This document shows, one piece after another, positions 18,620 through 26,622 of a DNA stretch of 27,284 bases. Below the pieces are notes generated by a model that saw nothing but the letters and a program-made list of their open reading frames with translations, searched no databases and was not told where the DNA came from. The stretch spans positions 1 through 27,284 of the forward strand of contig DATKUV010000042.1 in the NCBI GenBank assembly GCA_035530415.1. Direction: 5' to 3'. The translations under genes were made by a program, and so were the position numbers. Numbering within the stretch: the first letter of the stretch is position 1; every line of letters begins with the position of its first letter. The DNA comes from Candidatus Nanoarchaeia archaeon. Lineage in GTDB: Archaea > Halobacteriota > Methanosarcinia > Methanosarcinales > Methanocomedenaceae.

Positions 18620-18709
18620 GTGGGGAAATAATTTGCCCTTCCCACAATTTTTTTCATTTTGATAATACTGGTTTTGTTTTCAGGATGCGTCTCTCAGGAG
18701 GACATGTAA
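18620..18709 (+). pseudogene. Remnant of a lipoprotein gene (signal peptide and lipobox only)
   Basis: From GTG 18620 it reads MGK*FALPTIFFILIILVLFSGCVSQEDM*. This is a hydrophobic stretch plus lipobox-like FSGC, with a stop at codon 4. Confidence 0.45.
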
Positions 18710-18743
18710 TGTCACAATGAGAGATAATAGGTAAATACGATCA

Positions 18744-20732
18744 TTAGATAATCGCGAAGAGGGCCGTGATCTCAGCCAGTCTGTCCCTATGCCCCATCAC
18801 AATCACAGTATCGTCTTCTAACAGCATATCCTCGGCCTGGGGGTTGGTAAGAATTTTATCCTCACGCTTAATGGCCAGGGCCGTGAATCCGAATTTCTTG
18901 CGCATCTGTAAATCCGCAAGTGACTTTCCGGCAGCTTCCGACCCACCTTTCACAATAAACGTATCAATTTCAATATCCATCAAATGATGTTTCAGATCAT
19001 GAATTGATCTGGGCTTATGATAAATATCCCTGAACATCTCATACCCGTCGGTTCGCACTTTTTCAACATTCTTCTGGATCTCATCCCTGGGAATGAGATA
19101 CCTTGAAAGCACCCTGGAAAATATCTCAATGGATGTCTCGAACTCTTCAGGTATCACTTCGTCTGCACCCAGGTGTATCAATATTTCCAGTTCACTAACA
19201 TATCGTGTCCGTGCGATAATATAGATGGAAGGATTAAAATGTTTAGCAGTTTCCACCATCATCCTGGTGTGAGCTGCATCAGAAATGGCTATTACTAAAA
19301 TTTTTGCTTTCTTGATATTAGTATGTTTTAATACTTCTTCCTTTGATGCATCACCGTAAATAATGGGCGTCCCTTTCTTTTTTTCTGAAATCACAGTCTC
19401 AGGGTTCATCTCAACTACCACATATGGTATATTCGTAGCCGACAATACCTTTGAGAGGTTTCTTCCATTGATACCGTAACCTGCTATGACTACATGGTTT
19501 TCGAGTCCAGGTTTTTTTGAATATTCAGGGTAATTACCAAAAGCCAGGAATTTAGGCAATTTCTTCCTGCTTAATATTTTTTCTATTCTGGGACCAACCT
19601 GGATCATAAAAGGAGTGATCATCATAGTCAATATGGCTGAGCCCAGGAATATTTGATAGATATCATAATCAAGCAAACCCCAATGTATCCCTATTAGGGA
19701 TAGCACAAATGAGAACTCACCGATCTGGGCAAGGGATAGTCCAACAAGAATGGAAGTGATGAAAGGGTACCCCATTACAACTGCAGTTAACAGGCTCAGC
19801 ATGAACTTAATTATGAGAATTATCGCAATCACAAAGAACACAGTGGCAAGATGATCCATAACAAACCCCATGTCCAGGAGCATACCTATGGAGATAAAAA
19901 ATAGACTGTTAAAAATATCCCTTAGTGGCAGGATCTCACTTAATGCCTGGTGGGAAAATTCAGATTCCGAGATAATCAATCCTACCAGAAAGGCACCTAT
20001 AGCCAGTGAAAGCCCTGCCATTGAGGTTAGCGTGGCAGTACCCAGACTTATCATCACTATACCCAGCAGGAACAGTTCCCTGTTTCGGGTCCGTACGATC
20101 TGATATAGTATAGCAGGAACCAAAAACCGGCCAGCCGCTAAGACTAATGCAACGATAACAAATGCTTTTAATATTGAAAGAACTGCCCAGGTCAAAGAAG
20201 AATCATCACTACCAGCAAGCACTGGTACCAACATGACCATAATAATGATGCTTAAATCCTGGAAAATTAATATCCCGATTGCGAGTTTGCCGTGAGGGGA
20301 TTCAACTTCACCCCTTTCGGATAGCAATTTCAATACAATAGCAGTGCTGCTGAGGGCCACCAGAAATCCAATGAATATCGAAAGTTTGGCGGGCTGGCCA
20401 ACCACCATAGCAATAAAAGCAACGACTGCAGTTGTGAGTATGACCTGCACTCCACCCCCCAGCACAATCATCCTTTTTGATCTCAGGAGTTCTTTCAGGG
20501 AAAATTCAATCCCTATGGTGAACAGAAGCAATATAACTCCGATCTCAGCAAGCAACCGGATCATGTTCTGATCATTCACCAAACCTAAAACCGATGGGCC
20601 AATCAAAACCCCTGTTAAGAGGTATCCCACTATTGGTACAACACGGAGTTTATGAAATATGAAGACGATAACCACAGACAGGCTGAATATCAAAACAAAA
20701 TCGGTCAATAATGTTATGTTTTCTGTGGTCAC
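18744..20732 (-). CDS. Kef-type CPA2 cation/H+ antiporter with TrkA-N (KTN) and TrkA-C domains
   Basis: Contains 'GVILLLFTIGIEFS', 'ALSSTAIV', 'GILIFQD' and 'QIGEFSFVL', then KTN 'VVIAGYGING' and 'IIYGDAS', and a C-terminal TrkA-C. GTG start. Confidence 0.93.
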   Translation of the reverse strand: MTTENITLLTDFVLIFSLSVVIVFIFHKLRVVPIVGYLLTGVLIGPSVLGLVNDQNMIRLLAEIGVILLLFTIGIEFSLKELLRSKRMIVLGGGVQVILTTAVVAFIAMVVGQPAKLSIFIGFLVALSSTAIVLKLLSERGEVESPHGKLAIGILIFQDLSIIIMVMLVPVLAGSDDSSLTWAVLSILKAFVIVALVLAAGRFLVPAILYQIVRTRNRELFLLGIVMISLGTATLTSMAGLSLAIGAFLVGLIISESEFSHQALSEILPLRDIFNSLFFISIGMLLDMGFVMDHLATVFFVIAIILIIKFMLSLLTAVVMGYPFITSILVGLSLAQIGEFSFVLSLIGIHWGLLDYDIYQIFLGSAILTMMITPFMIQVGPRIEKILSRKKLPKFLAFGNYPEYSKKPGLENHVVIAGYGINGRNLSKVLSATNIPYVVVEMNPETVISEKKKGTPIIYGDASKEEVLKHTNIKKAKILVIAISDAAHTRMMVETAKHFNPSIYIIARTRYVSELEILIHLGADEVIPEEFETSIEIFSRVLSRYLIPRDEIQKNVEKVRTDGYEMFRDIYHKPRSIHDLKHHLMDIEIDTFIVKGGSEAAGKSLADLQMRKKFGFTALAIKREDKILTNPQAEDMLLEDDTVIVMGHRDRLAEITALFAII

Positions 20733-20831
20733 ACTATTCTTTAGGGATAATAGTGTATATGTAGGTAACTAAAATTTGCGATTTACATATATTTTTTTGG
20801 ATCCAGATCATTAGCCAGGCACAGCAACGGG

Positions 20832-21026
20832 TCAGTGGGTGCCGTTACTCAACATTATCACTATTAGACTGGTTGATCTCAGGTATTCAATAAACTCTCA
20901 TATTCGGGGATGCAGCAGGGGTTCACCCCCTGAAAGCATTATCTTAAGCCTGCCCATTTGCTCAAACTCATTTACTACGCGTTTGAACTGATCAAAATCC
21001 TTTATCTCCACGGAATTGTTTTTCAT
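20832..21026 (-). pseudogene. Radical SAM enzyme fragment
   Basis: Reads MKNNSVEIKDFDQFKRVVNEFEQMGRLKIMLSGGEPLLHPRI*EFIEYLRSTSLIVIMLSNGTH*. It has the GGEP motif and downstream '(S/T)NGT', with an internal TGA at 20898-20900. No CxxxCxxC was found upstream. Confidence 0.75.
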
Positions 21027-21144
21027 TTATAATGATCTTTAATTGCCCGGTCATATCAATATTTGATGTCGTTCAATCTTATTTATGTATTACCCTGATG
21101 ACCAAAATCTTATTATATCGTTAAATCACACTAACAATCGTTAT

Positions 21145-21172
21145 TTATTACAATATATAAAATTTGTAATAC
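21145..21172. promoter_or_regulatory. NikR-type operator overlapping the TATA box of the nikM operon
   Basis: TTATTA-N16-TAATAC (28 bp; inner 8-bp inverted repeat TATTACAA/TTGTAATA), the same geometry as the E. coli NikR box GTATGA-N16-TCATAC. TATATAAA (21154-21161) sits in the spacer. Confidence 0.6.
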
Positions 21173-21227
21173 AAATAACAATTCTATTTATATTTGTTTA
21201 ACATGAACCTCACAGGAGGAACTATAC

Positions 21228-23072
21228 TTGCACATACCAGACGGACTTATTCCATTCCCACAGTACATTATATACTGGTTACTTGTGTTGCCGCCTGTGT
21301 ATCTTTCCCTTAAATGGGCCAGGCAGGAACTGGACGAAATGAAAACGCCTCTTTTGGCAGTGTTGGCAGCAGGGATATTTGCTATCCAGGCCATTAATCT
21401 GCCTATTGGAATGGGTACCAGCGGGCACATGGTAGGGGCTGTGCTGGCTGCTATTATACTGGGTTCCCCATATGCTGGATTGCTGCTCCTCACACTTGTG
21501 CTGGTAGTACAGGCGTTCGTGTTCTATGATGGTGGAATTACCACATTAGGGGCCAACATATTTAATATGGGACTGGTAAGCTGCTGGTCCGGATATTATA
21601 CATACCGCTGGCTGGAAAGCAAATTGGGTACTGTAAAAGCTTCATTTGCCGGGGCCTGGGTGGGTCTATTTCTTTCTGCAATTGTCGCAACGTTTCAATT
21701 ATACCTGGCAGGGGCCTTTCCACTCCTGGAAGCACTTGTGGTAATGGGTACCTTCCATGCTATAATCGGCCTGGTAGGGGAGGGTTTTATAACAGCCATC
21801 GTTGTGAAATCAATAATGGCATACCGACCCGATATTATGAAATTGGAGCAAAGAAAACCCATCTCAAGAAACGTGCAGATGATGGGTATAGCCATTGTAT
21901 TGATCCTGGCTGTTGCAGCTCCATACATTGCTTCTACAAATCCGGACGGATTGGAGCAAGCTATGATATACCTTATGGGAGAGGAACAGGCGTCTAACCT
22001 CGAAACTTCCATACAGTACAGTGCACCCATGGCTGATTATTCCATACCTGGCCTTGGGCGGGTCGGGGAAGTTGGAGCAATAGCCATAGGAACATTGATT
22101 TTATTAGGAATTGGTCTGCTGCTTGCAAAGTTCAGTCGGACAAAGCAGGATATCCCTATCATGAATCTTGAGGTAAAGGAGAGTGTAAATGGGACTGAAA
22201 ATGGGAACGGCTGGGTGTCACAGGATAGGGACTGGGGTACACCCTATATCATAGAAACAAGGAACCTGATGCATGAATACCACAGCGGTTCAACCAAAGC
22301 CCTGAACGGCATCGATTTTTGTGTTAAACCCGGTGAGAGAATAGTGCTGCTTGGTGCCAATGGAGCCGGGAAATCCACATTGTTCAAACATTTGAACGGA
22401 ATATTGAAACCAACATCAGGAGATGTACTTATCAAAGGTCAGTCCATTGATAGAACCAATATCAAAGAGGTACGCAGGACAGTTGGTGTCGTATTCCAGA
22501 ATCCTGATGACCAGATATTTTCACCCACAGTAGCACAGGATGTAGCTTTCGGACCCATGAACCTTGGACTAACTGAAAAAGAAATTGAACGCAGGGTAAA
22601 GCGGGCACTTGAGATGGTACGGCTTACCGGTTATGAGGACAGAGCTCCACACCATCTAAGCGGTGGAGAGAAGAAGCGTGTGGCCATTGCAGGTATCCTG
22701 GCTATGAAACCTGAAGTCCTTATATTGGATGAACCTACCACTGGCCTTGATCCGGGAGCAGCAGCAAGGCTTATGCGGATGATAATGGAAATGAACAGCA
22801 ATCTCGGTATTACTATGATCATTGCCACACATGAAGTTGATCTTGTTCCCGCTTTTGCCCAAAGGATATGTGTATTATCCACTGGCAAGATCATTGGAGA
22901 AGGAACACCCGCAGAGATATTCAGCCGTCCGGATCTTATAACGAAAACACATTTGCGACTTCCATTGGTTGCCCAGTTAATGGAGCAGCTAAAGGAAGCC
23001 GACCTTGATGTGGAGGTGGCACTTACCATTGACGGGGCCAAAAGTGAGATATTAAAAGCATTCGGCAGGTAG
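21228..23072 (+). CDS. nikM: ECF-type Ni/Co transporter: fused S component (NikM/CbiM), PDGLE (NikN-like) domain and ATPase (NikO/CbiO)
   Basis: TTG start after AGGAGGA, N-terminal metal-binding 'MHIPDG', 'GTSGHMVG' and 'PDGLE'. The same frame continues into Walker A 'GANGAGKST', 'FQNPDDQ', 'LSGGEKKR', 'LDEPT' and H-loop 'ATHE'. Confidence 0.9.
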   Translation: MHIPDGLIPFPQYIIYWLLVLPPVYLSLKWARQELDEMKTPLLAVLAAGIFAIQAINLPIGMGTSGHMVGAVLAAIILGSPYAGLLLLTLVLVVQAFVFYDGGITTLGANIFNMGLVSCWSGYYTYRWLESKLGTVKASFAGAWVGLFLSAIVATFQLYLAGAFPLLEALVVMGTFHAIIGLVGEGFITAIVVKSIMAYRPDIMKLEQRKPISRNVQMMGIAIVLILAVAAPYIASTNPDGLEQAMIYLMGEEQASNLETSIQYSAPMADYSIPGLGRVGEVGAIAIGTLILLGIGLLLAKFSRTKQDIPIMNLEVKESVNGTENGNGWVSQDRDWGTPYIIETRNLMHEYHSGSTKALNGIDFCVKPGERIVLLGANGAGKSTLFKHLNGILKPTSGDVLIKGQSIDRTNIKEVRRTVGVVFQNPDDQIFSPTVAQDVAFGPMNLGLTEKEIERRVKRALEMVRLTGYEDRAPHHLSGGEKKRVAIAGILAMKPEVLILDEPTTGLDPGAAARLMRMIMEMNSNLGITMIIATHEVDLVPAFAQRICVLSTGKIIGEGTPAEIFSRPDLITKTHLRLPLVAQLMEQLKEADLDVEVALTIDGAKSEILKAFGR

Positions 23073-23073
23073 C

Positions 23074-23880
23074 ATGCACATCACCCTTACAGATATTGAA
23101 CGGGAGGCCTATAAATCCAGCTTGCTCCATAACATGGATGGACGCATCAAGATCATAATGACACTGGCTGTCATTATTTATGCGGTAAGTCTCCCCAGGC
23201 TTGATATTATTACCATTGAACGGTTGGGTATTATGTGGTTGTACCTGCTCGCGCTATTGATCGTGGCCAGGCTGAATCCGGTCTATGTTGCAGCCAGGAT
23301 GGCTATTGCGTTGCCTTTCGGTTTGGGGATCTCTGTATTGCAGCCTTTTATCAGGCAGCCATTCATCAATGACTTTACTGTAATCTCCTTACTACCCCTT
23401 GGCATTACTGTAACAGAAGAAGGACTGCTATTTGGAAGTATTCTATTTTCCAAATTCATGGTAAGCGTCACAGCAGTGGTGTTGTTATCATCCACTACCC
23501 AGATGAGGGATATGGTATCAAGCGCACGGCGACTGAAACTTCCGGCAGAGATGACCTTGCTTTTTAGCATGATGGTAAGATACCTGTTTGTGTTCTGGGG
23601 AATGCTGAGGCGCATCAGGACGGCACAGAAGACCAGGTGTTTTGATATCTGGAACAAAAACCTCCCACGTAGATGGATACTTGAACAGATCGGGCTTTCA
23701 ATCAGTGCGCTGTTTATCAGGTCATACGAGCAGGGTGAGCGCACGTATCAGGCCATGCTGTGCCGGGCCTATTCGGCAGATTCACAGATGTGTGTGGGTA
23801 AAAAGACGTTGGGATTTGGTGATTATGCGGTGTTTTCGATTACGGTTGTTATGATTATTGGAGTGCAGTTTCTTATTTAG
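23074..23880 (+). CDS. nikQ: ECF transporter T component (NikQ/CbiQ)
   Basis: Contains 'LHNMDGRIK', 'MMVRYLFV' and 'LFIRSYEQGERTYQAMLCRAY'. It starts 1 nt after the ATPase stop. Confidence 0.92.
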   Translation: MHITLTDIEREAYKSSLLHNMDGRIKIIMTLAVIIYAVSLPRLDIITIERLGIMWLYLLALLIVARLNPVYVAARMAIALPFGLGISVLQPFIRQPFINDFTVISLLPLGITVTEEGLLFGSILFSKFMVSVTAVVLLSSTTQMRDMVSSARRLKLPAEMTLLFSMMVRYLFVFWGMLRRIRTAQKTRCFDIWNKNLPRRWILEQIGLSISALFIRSYEQGERTYQAMLCRAYSADSQMCVGKKTLGFGDYAVFSITVVMIIGVQFLI

Positions 23881-23962
23881 TAGATAATTCAATTAATCTG
23901 CAGGTAGCTGAGACTGACAAGATCGCAACTGCATCACGCTTTGCGGCATCCATAACGGTGAA

Positions 23963-24273
23963 ATGGCGGGCATTCCAGCCACAGGCAAAGAATAGCTCAA
24001 AATACTCGAATGCCCAATATGGGATCTCCAGAAAACCATGTCCCTGCTATGCGAACTTGTGCGCCGTGAGAAGTCAGCCGGTAATTTCGTCTACATCAAC
24101 CTCTCTATCAGGCAGCAAACTATCAGCCGTTGCCGGAACACTGGCCTCATTCACCGCCCGATGAGCTTACCAGTGCCATTGATATCGTTTCAGAAAATGA
24201 AGAGAAGATAAAACAGAAATAAATCATTATCGTCCTGGAAGAAAGAGGATTCCTAAACGATATCAAGTACTGA
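23963..24273 (+). pseudogene. Degraded DUF6293/HFX_2341-family (CARF-like plus wHTH) transcription regulator
   Basis: Across frames it reads '..LECPIWDLQKTMSLLCELVRREKSAGNFVYINLS', then a frameshift at about 24107 to 'SGSKLSAVAGTLASF', then another frame 'PDELTSAIDIVSENEEKIKQK*IIIVLEERGFL'. 'VYINLSSGSK' matches the family motif as I recall it. Confidence 0.6.
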
Positions 24274-24285
24274 TTTACATTCCGA

Positions 24286-26064
24286 TCATTGCAATGTATA
24301 ATAATATTCGCCTATAGATTTTTGCTGCCTGTCCAGTTTTGAATCCGGTTTGTTCACTCTGGGCCTGCGTGTCTCTTCATCACGTCGAAACGTAATATTA
24401 ATGTTTTTCAGAAAGTGGTTCATACCCTGGCGCATATTGAACGGGCCGTGTATCTCGCCTCTAACTCCAGGTTGGCCCATAAATACCATAAGCCTCTCAG
24501 ACAGCATATCGATCATATAAATATCATGATCCACTACCATGGCAGTCACGTTATTATTCTCAGCGAACCGTCGGATCACTTTTGTAGCCATGGCCCTCTG
24601 TTCCACATCCAGGTGTGCACTGGGCTCATCAAAGATATACATATTTGCAGTCTTACCCAAACAACCTGCAATAGCCACACGCTGGAGCTCACCGCCAGAT
24701 AGTTCAGGCAGCATCCTGTCCATAAATCCATCCAACTGTAAAGGATTAATAATCTCGGTCTGGTAATAACTGGTATCAAATTTCTTATTGATACTGCGCA
24801 AAAAATCCCTGACCTTTAACGGATAATCCCCTGTTAAGTACTGGGGTTTATAGGAAATTGTAAGACTTGTCTCAAGTTCACCTGTGGTGGGTGTTTCCGC
24901 ACCTGCCAGCATCTTTACGAACGTGGACTTGCCAATGCCGTTGGGCCCCACGATCCCAATCACTTCGCCATGTTTGATCTCATTCCCGAGCGTATCACTT
25001 CCGACAACCAGTTCAAACCCATTTTCTCCGAATTTTTTAGTAAATCTATGGAATTCCAATAGAGTGGGAATATCCTTCTGCTCTCTCGGCGGATGTTCCT
25101 CAAATTCAATTGCTTCTGTCCGCAGGCGTATGTTCTCTTCAGGCAAAAATCCTTTCAGATATTCGTTAATACCCACCCTGACACCTTTAGGATGGGTGAT
25201 CACACCATACCCGCCTGGTATACCATATGCTATATGAACAGTATCTGCAAGCAGATCCAACAAAGCCAGGTCGTGTTCAATCACCATCACTGATCTATCA
25301 TGAGCCAGCTCTTGAACGATCCTGGCTGCATTTATACGCTGGTAGATGTCCAGATATGGGCTGACCTCGTCGATAAAATAGAAATCCGCATCGCGGTTGA
25401 CACAGGCAGCCAAAGCCACCCTTTGAAGTTCTCCACCTGAGAGAGCACTGATATCCCGGTCCAGTATATGGGTGATCTCAAGTTTGTCAACTGTTTCATC
25501 CATAATCCCCCTCTCATCAGTCTTATCCAGCAATGTAGAGACCGTGCCTTTTACGACTTTTGGTATATTATCCACATATTGAGGTTTATGTGAGGCCTTG
25601 ATCCTGCCTTCTGAGAGGGCTTTCATATATTCATACAATCCTGTAGAGGAATATATATCCAGTATCTCATCCCAGGCTGTATCCGATTTACCCAGATTAG
25701 GCATCAGATTTCCACTCAAAATATTCACAGTTGTGGACTTGCCTATACCATTTTGACCCAGGATACCAGTCACTTTACCTTTGACAGGAGTGGGCAGGCC
25801 GTAAAGAGCAAAACCGTTCTGGCCATATCTGTGGATGGGATCGGCTAATTCCTCAGGCAGCCCGATTATCATAATAGAATGGAAAGGACATTTCTTAATG
25901 CATATCCCACAGCCAACGCATAATTCTTCTGAAATAACAGCTTTGCCATCCTCACCCTGTACTATTGTTTCATCTCCTGTCCGCACCCTGGGACAGAAGT
26001 GGATGCATTCCAGGTTACATTTCTTGAACTGGCACCTGTCCTTATTTACAATAGCAATCCTCAC
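24286..26064 (-). CDS. rli: ABCE1/RLI ribosome recycling ATPase
   Basis: N-terminal double 4Fe-4S motifs ('CQFKKCNLECIHFCP', 'CVGCGICIKKCP') and two ABC cassettes (GQNGIGKST and GPNGIGKST, each with LSGGELQR). GTG start. Confidence 0.97.
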   Translation of the reverse strand: MRIAIVNKDRCQFKKCNLECIHFCPRVRTGDETIVQGEDGKAVISEELCVGCGICIKKCPFHSIMIIGLPEELADPIHRYGQNGFALYGLPTPVKGKVTGILGQNGIGKSTTVNILSGNLMPNLGKSDTAWDEILDIYSSTGLYEYMKALSEGRIKASHKPQYVDNIPKVVKGTVSTLLDKTDERGIMDETVDKLEITHILDRDISALSGGELQRVALAACVNRDADFYFIDEVSPYLDIYQRINAARIVQELAHDRSVMVIEHDLALLDLLADTVHIAYGIPGGYGVITHPKGVRVGINEYLKGFLPEENIRLRTEAIEFEEHPPREQKDIPTLLEFHRFTKKFGENGFELVVGSDTLGNEIKHGEVIGIVGPNGIGKSTFVKMLAGAETPTTGELETSLTISYKPQYLTGDYPLKVRDFLRSINKKFDTSYYQTEIINPLQLDGFMDRMLPELSGGELQRVAIAGCLGKTANMYIFDEPSAHLDVEQRAMATKVIRRFAENNNVTAMVVDHDIYMIDMLSERLMVFMGQPGVRGEIHGPFNMRQGMNHFLKNINITFRRDEETRRPRVNKPDSKLDRQQKSIGEYYYTLQ

Positions 26065-26092
26065 GATCTCACCTCTAAAAATATTATTTGGG

Positions 26093-26533
26093 CTAATTAA
26101 GTAATAATGTCCAGACCACTAACCAAAAATCAACTGTAATGAATTCCACATACAACCAGTCTTTAGCCCCAAATTCTTTGACATCTATCTTTATTAACGG
26201 GTAGATGATCCGTTGAGCATAATACGAGGAAATGATTACCAGAAGCATTATGGAAATCCATGGGAATTCAGTACCGTCTTTTAGTTGGAAAAAACAGAAA
26301 AAACCAGCTAACGTACCTATCAAGGCCGGTACAACTGTTTTGATAATGCCATTGATATGATTTTGCTTTTTTTCTTCAGGGGTTTTCTCAATAACCAGAG
26401 CCGGTTTTGATTCTACTTCTGGCTGCTTTTGCTTGCCAGCCTTCTCGCGTTCTTTTATTGCCTGCTGTTGAGCTGCTGATTCTCTGGCTCTTTCAAGGAA
26501 TCCTTTCTTAGCAGGTATCTTTTTCTTACTCAA
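26093..26533 (-). CDS. Archaeal EMC6-like membrane protein
   Basis: Charged N-terminus, three TM segments and C-terminal 'KDWLYVEFIT.DFWLV.WTLLLN'. It sits directly upstream of RLI. TTG start after CAGGAGA. Confidence 0.75.
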   Translation of the reverse strand: MSKKKIPAKKGFLERARESAAQQQAIKEREKAGKQKQPEVESKPALVIEKTPEEKKQNHINGIIKTVVPALIGTLAGFFCFFQLKDGTEFPWISIMLLVIISSYYAQRIIYPLIKIDVKEFGAKDWLYVEFITVDFWLVVWTLLLN

Positions 26534-26622
26534 TAATAAATCTCCTGATAATGAGGTTTGACTTTATAGGCTTCGTATACATTATATGTTTAACTCTTTC
26601 AAAGAAGAAATCTCATTTCTGA

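Noticed and set aside
18285-18647. 120-aa minus-strand His-rich ORF
   Set aside because: It is an antisense shadow of the 18314-18559 gene.
20898-20900. In-frame TGA in the radical SAM fragment (and TGA 3585-3587) as selenocysteine recoding
   Set aside because: The position fits Trp rather than a catalytic Cys, other lesions accompany it, and Methanosarcinales are not known to use Sec.
20760-21227. Cobalamin riboswitch upstream of the cbiM-like gene
   Set aside because: I found no conserved B12-element motifs. The GC-richer part is explained by the radical SAM relic, and the rest is AT-rich promoter with a NikR-type box.
23958-24164. 68-aa ORF from the track as a real gene
   Set aside because: It is better explained as a frameshifted piece of the DUF6293-like pseudogene.
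8956-26104. Numerous 60-200-aa ORFs overlapping ths, purL, purB, kef, nikMO, nikQ and rli on the opposite strand or in other frames
   Set aside because: They are shadow ORFs of well-conserved genes, with no RBS or motifs.
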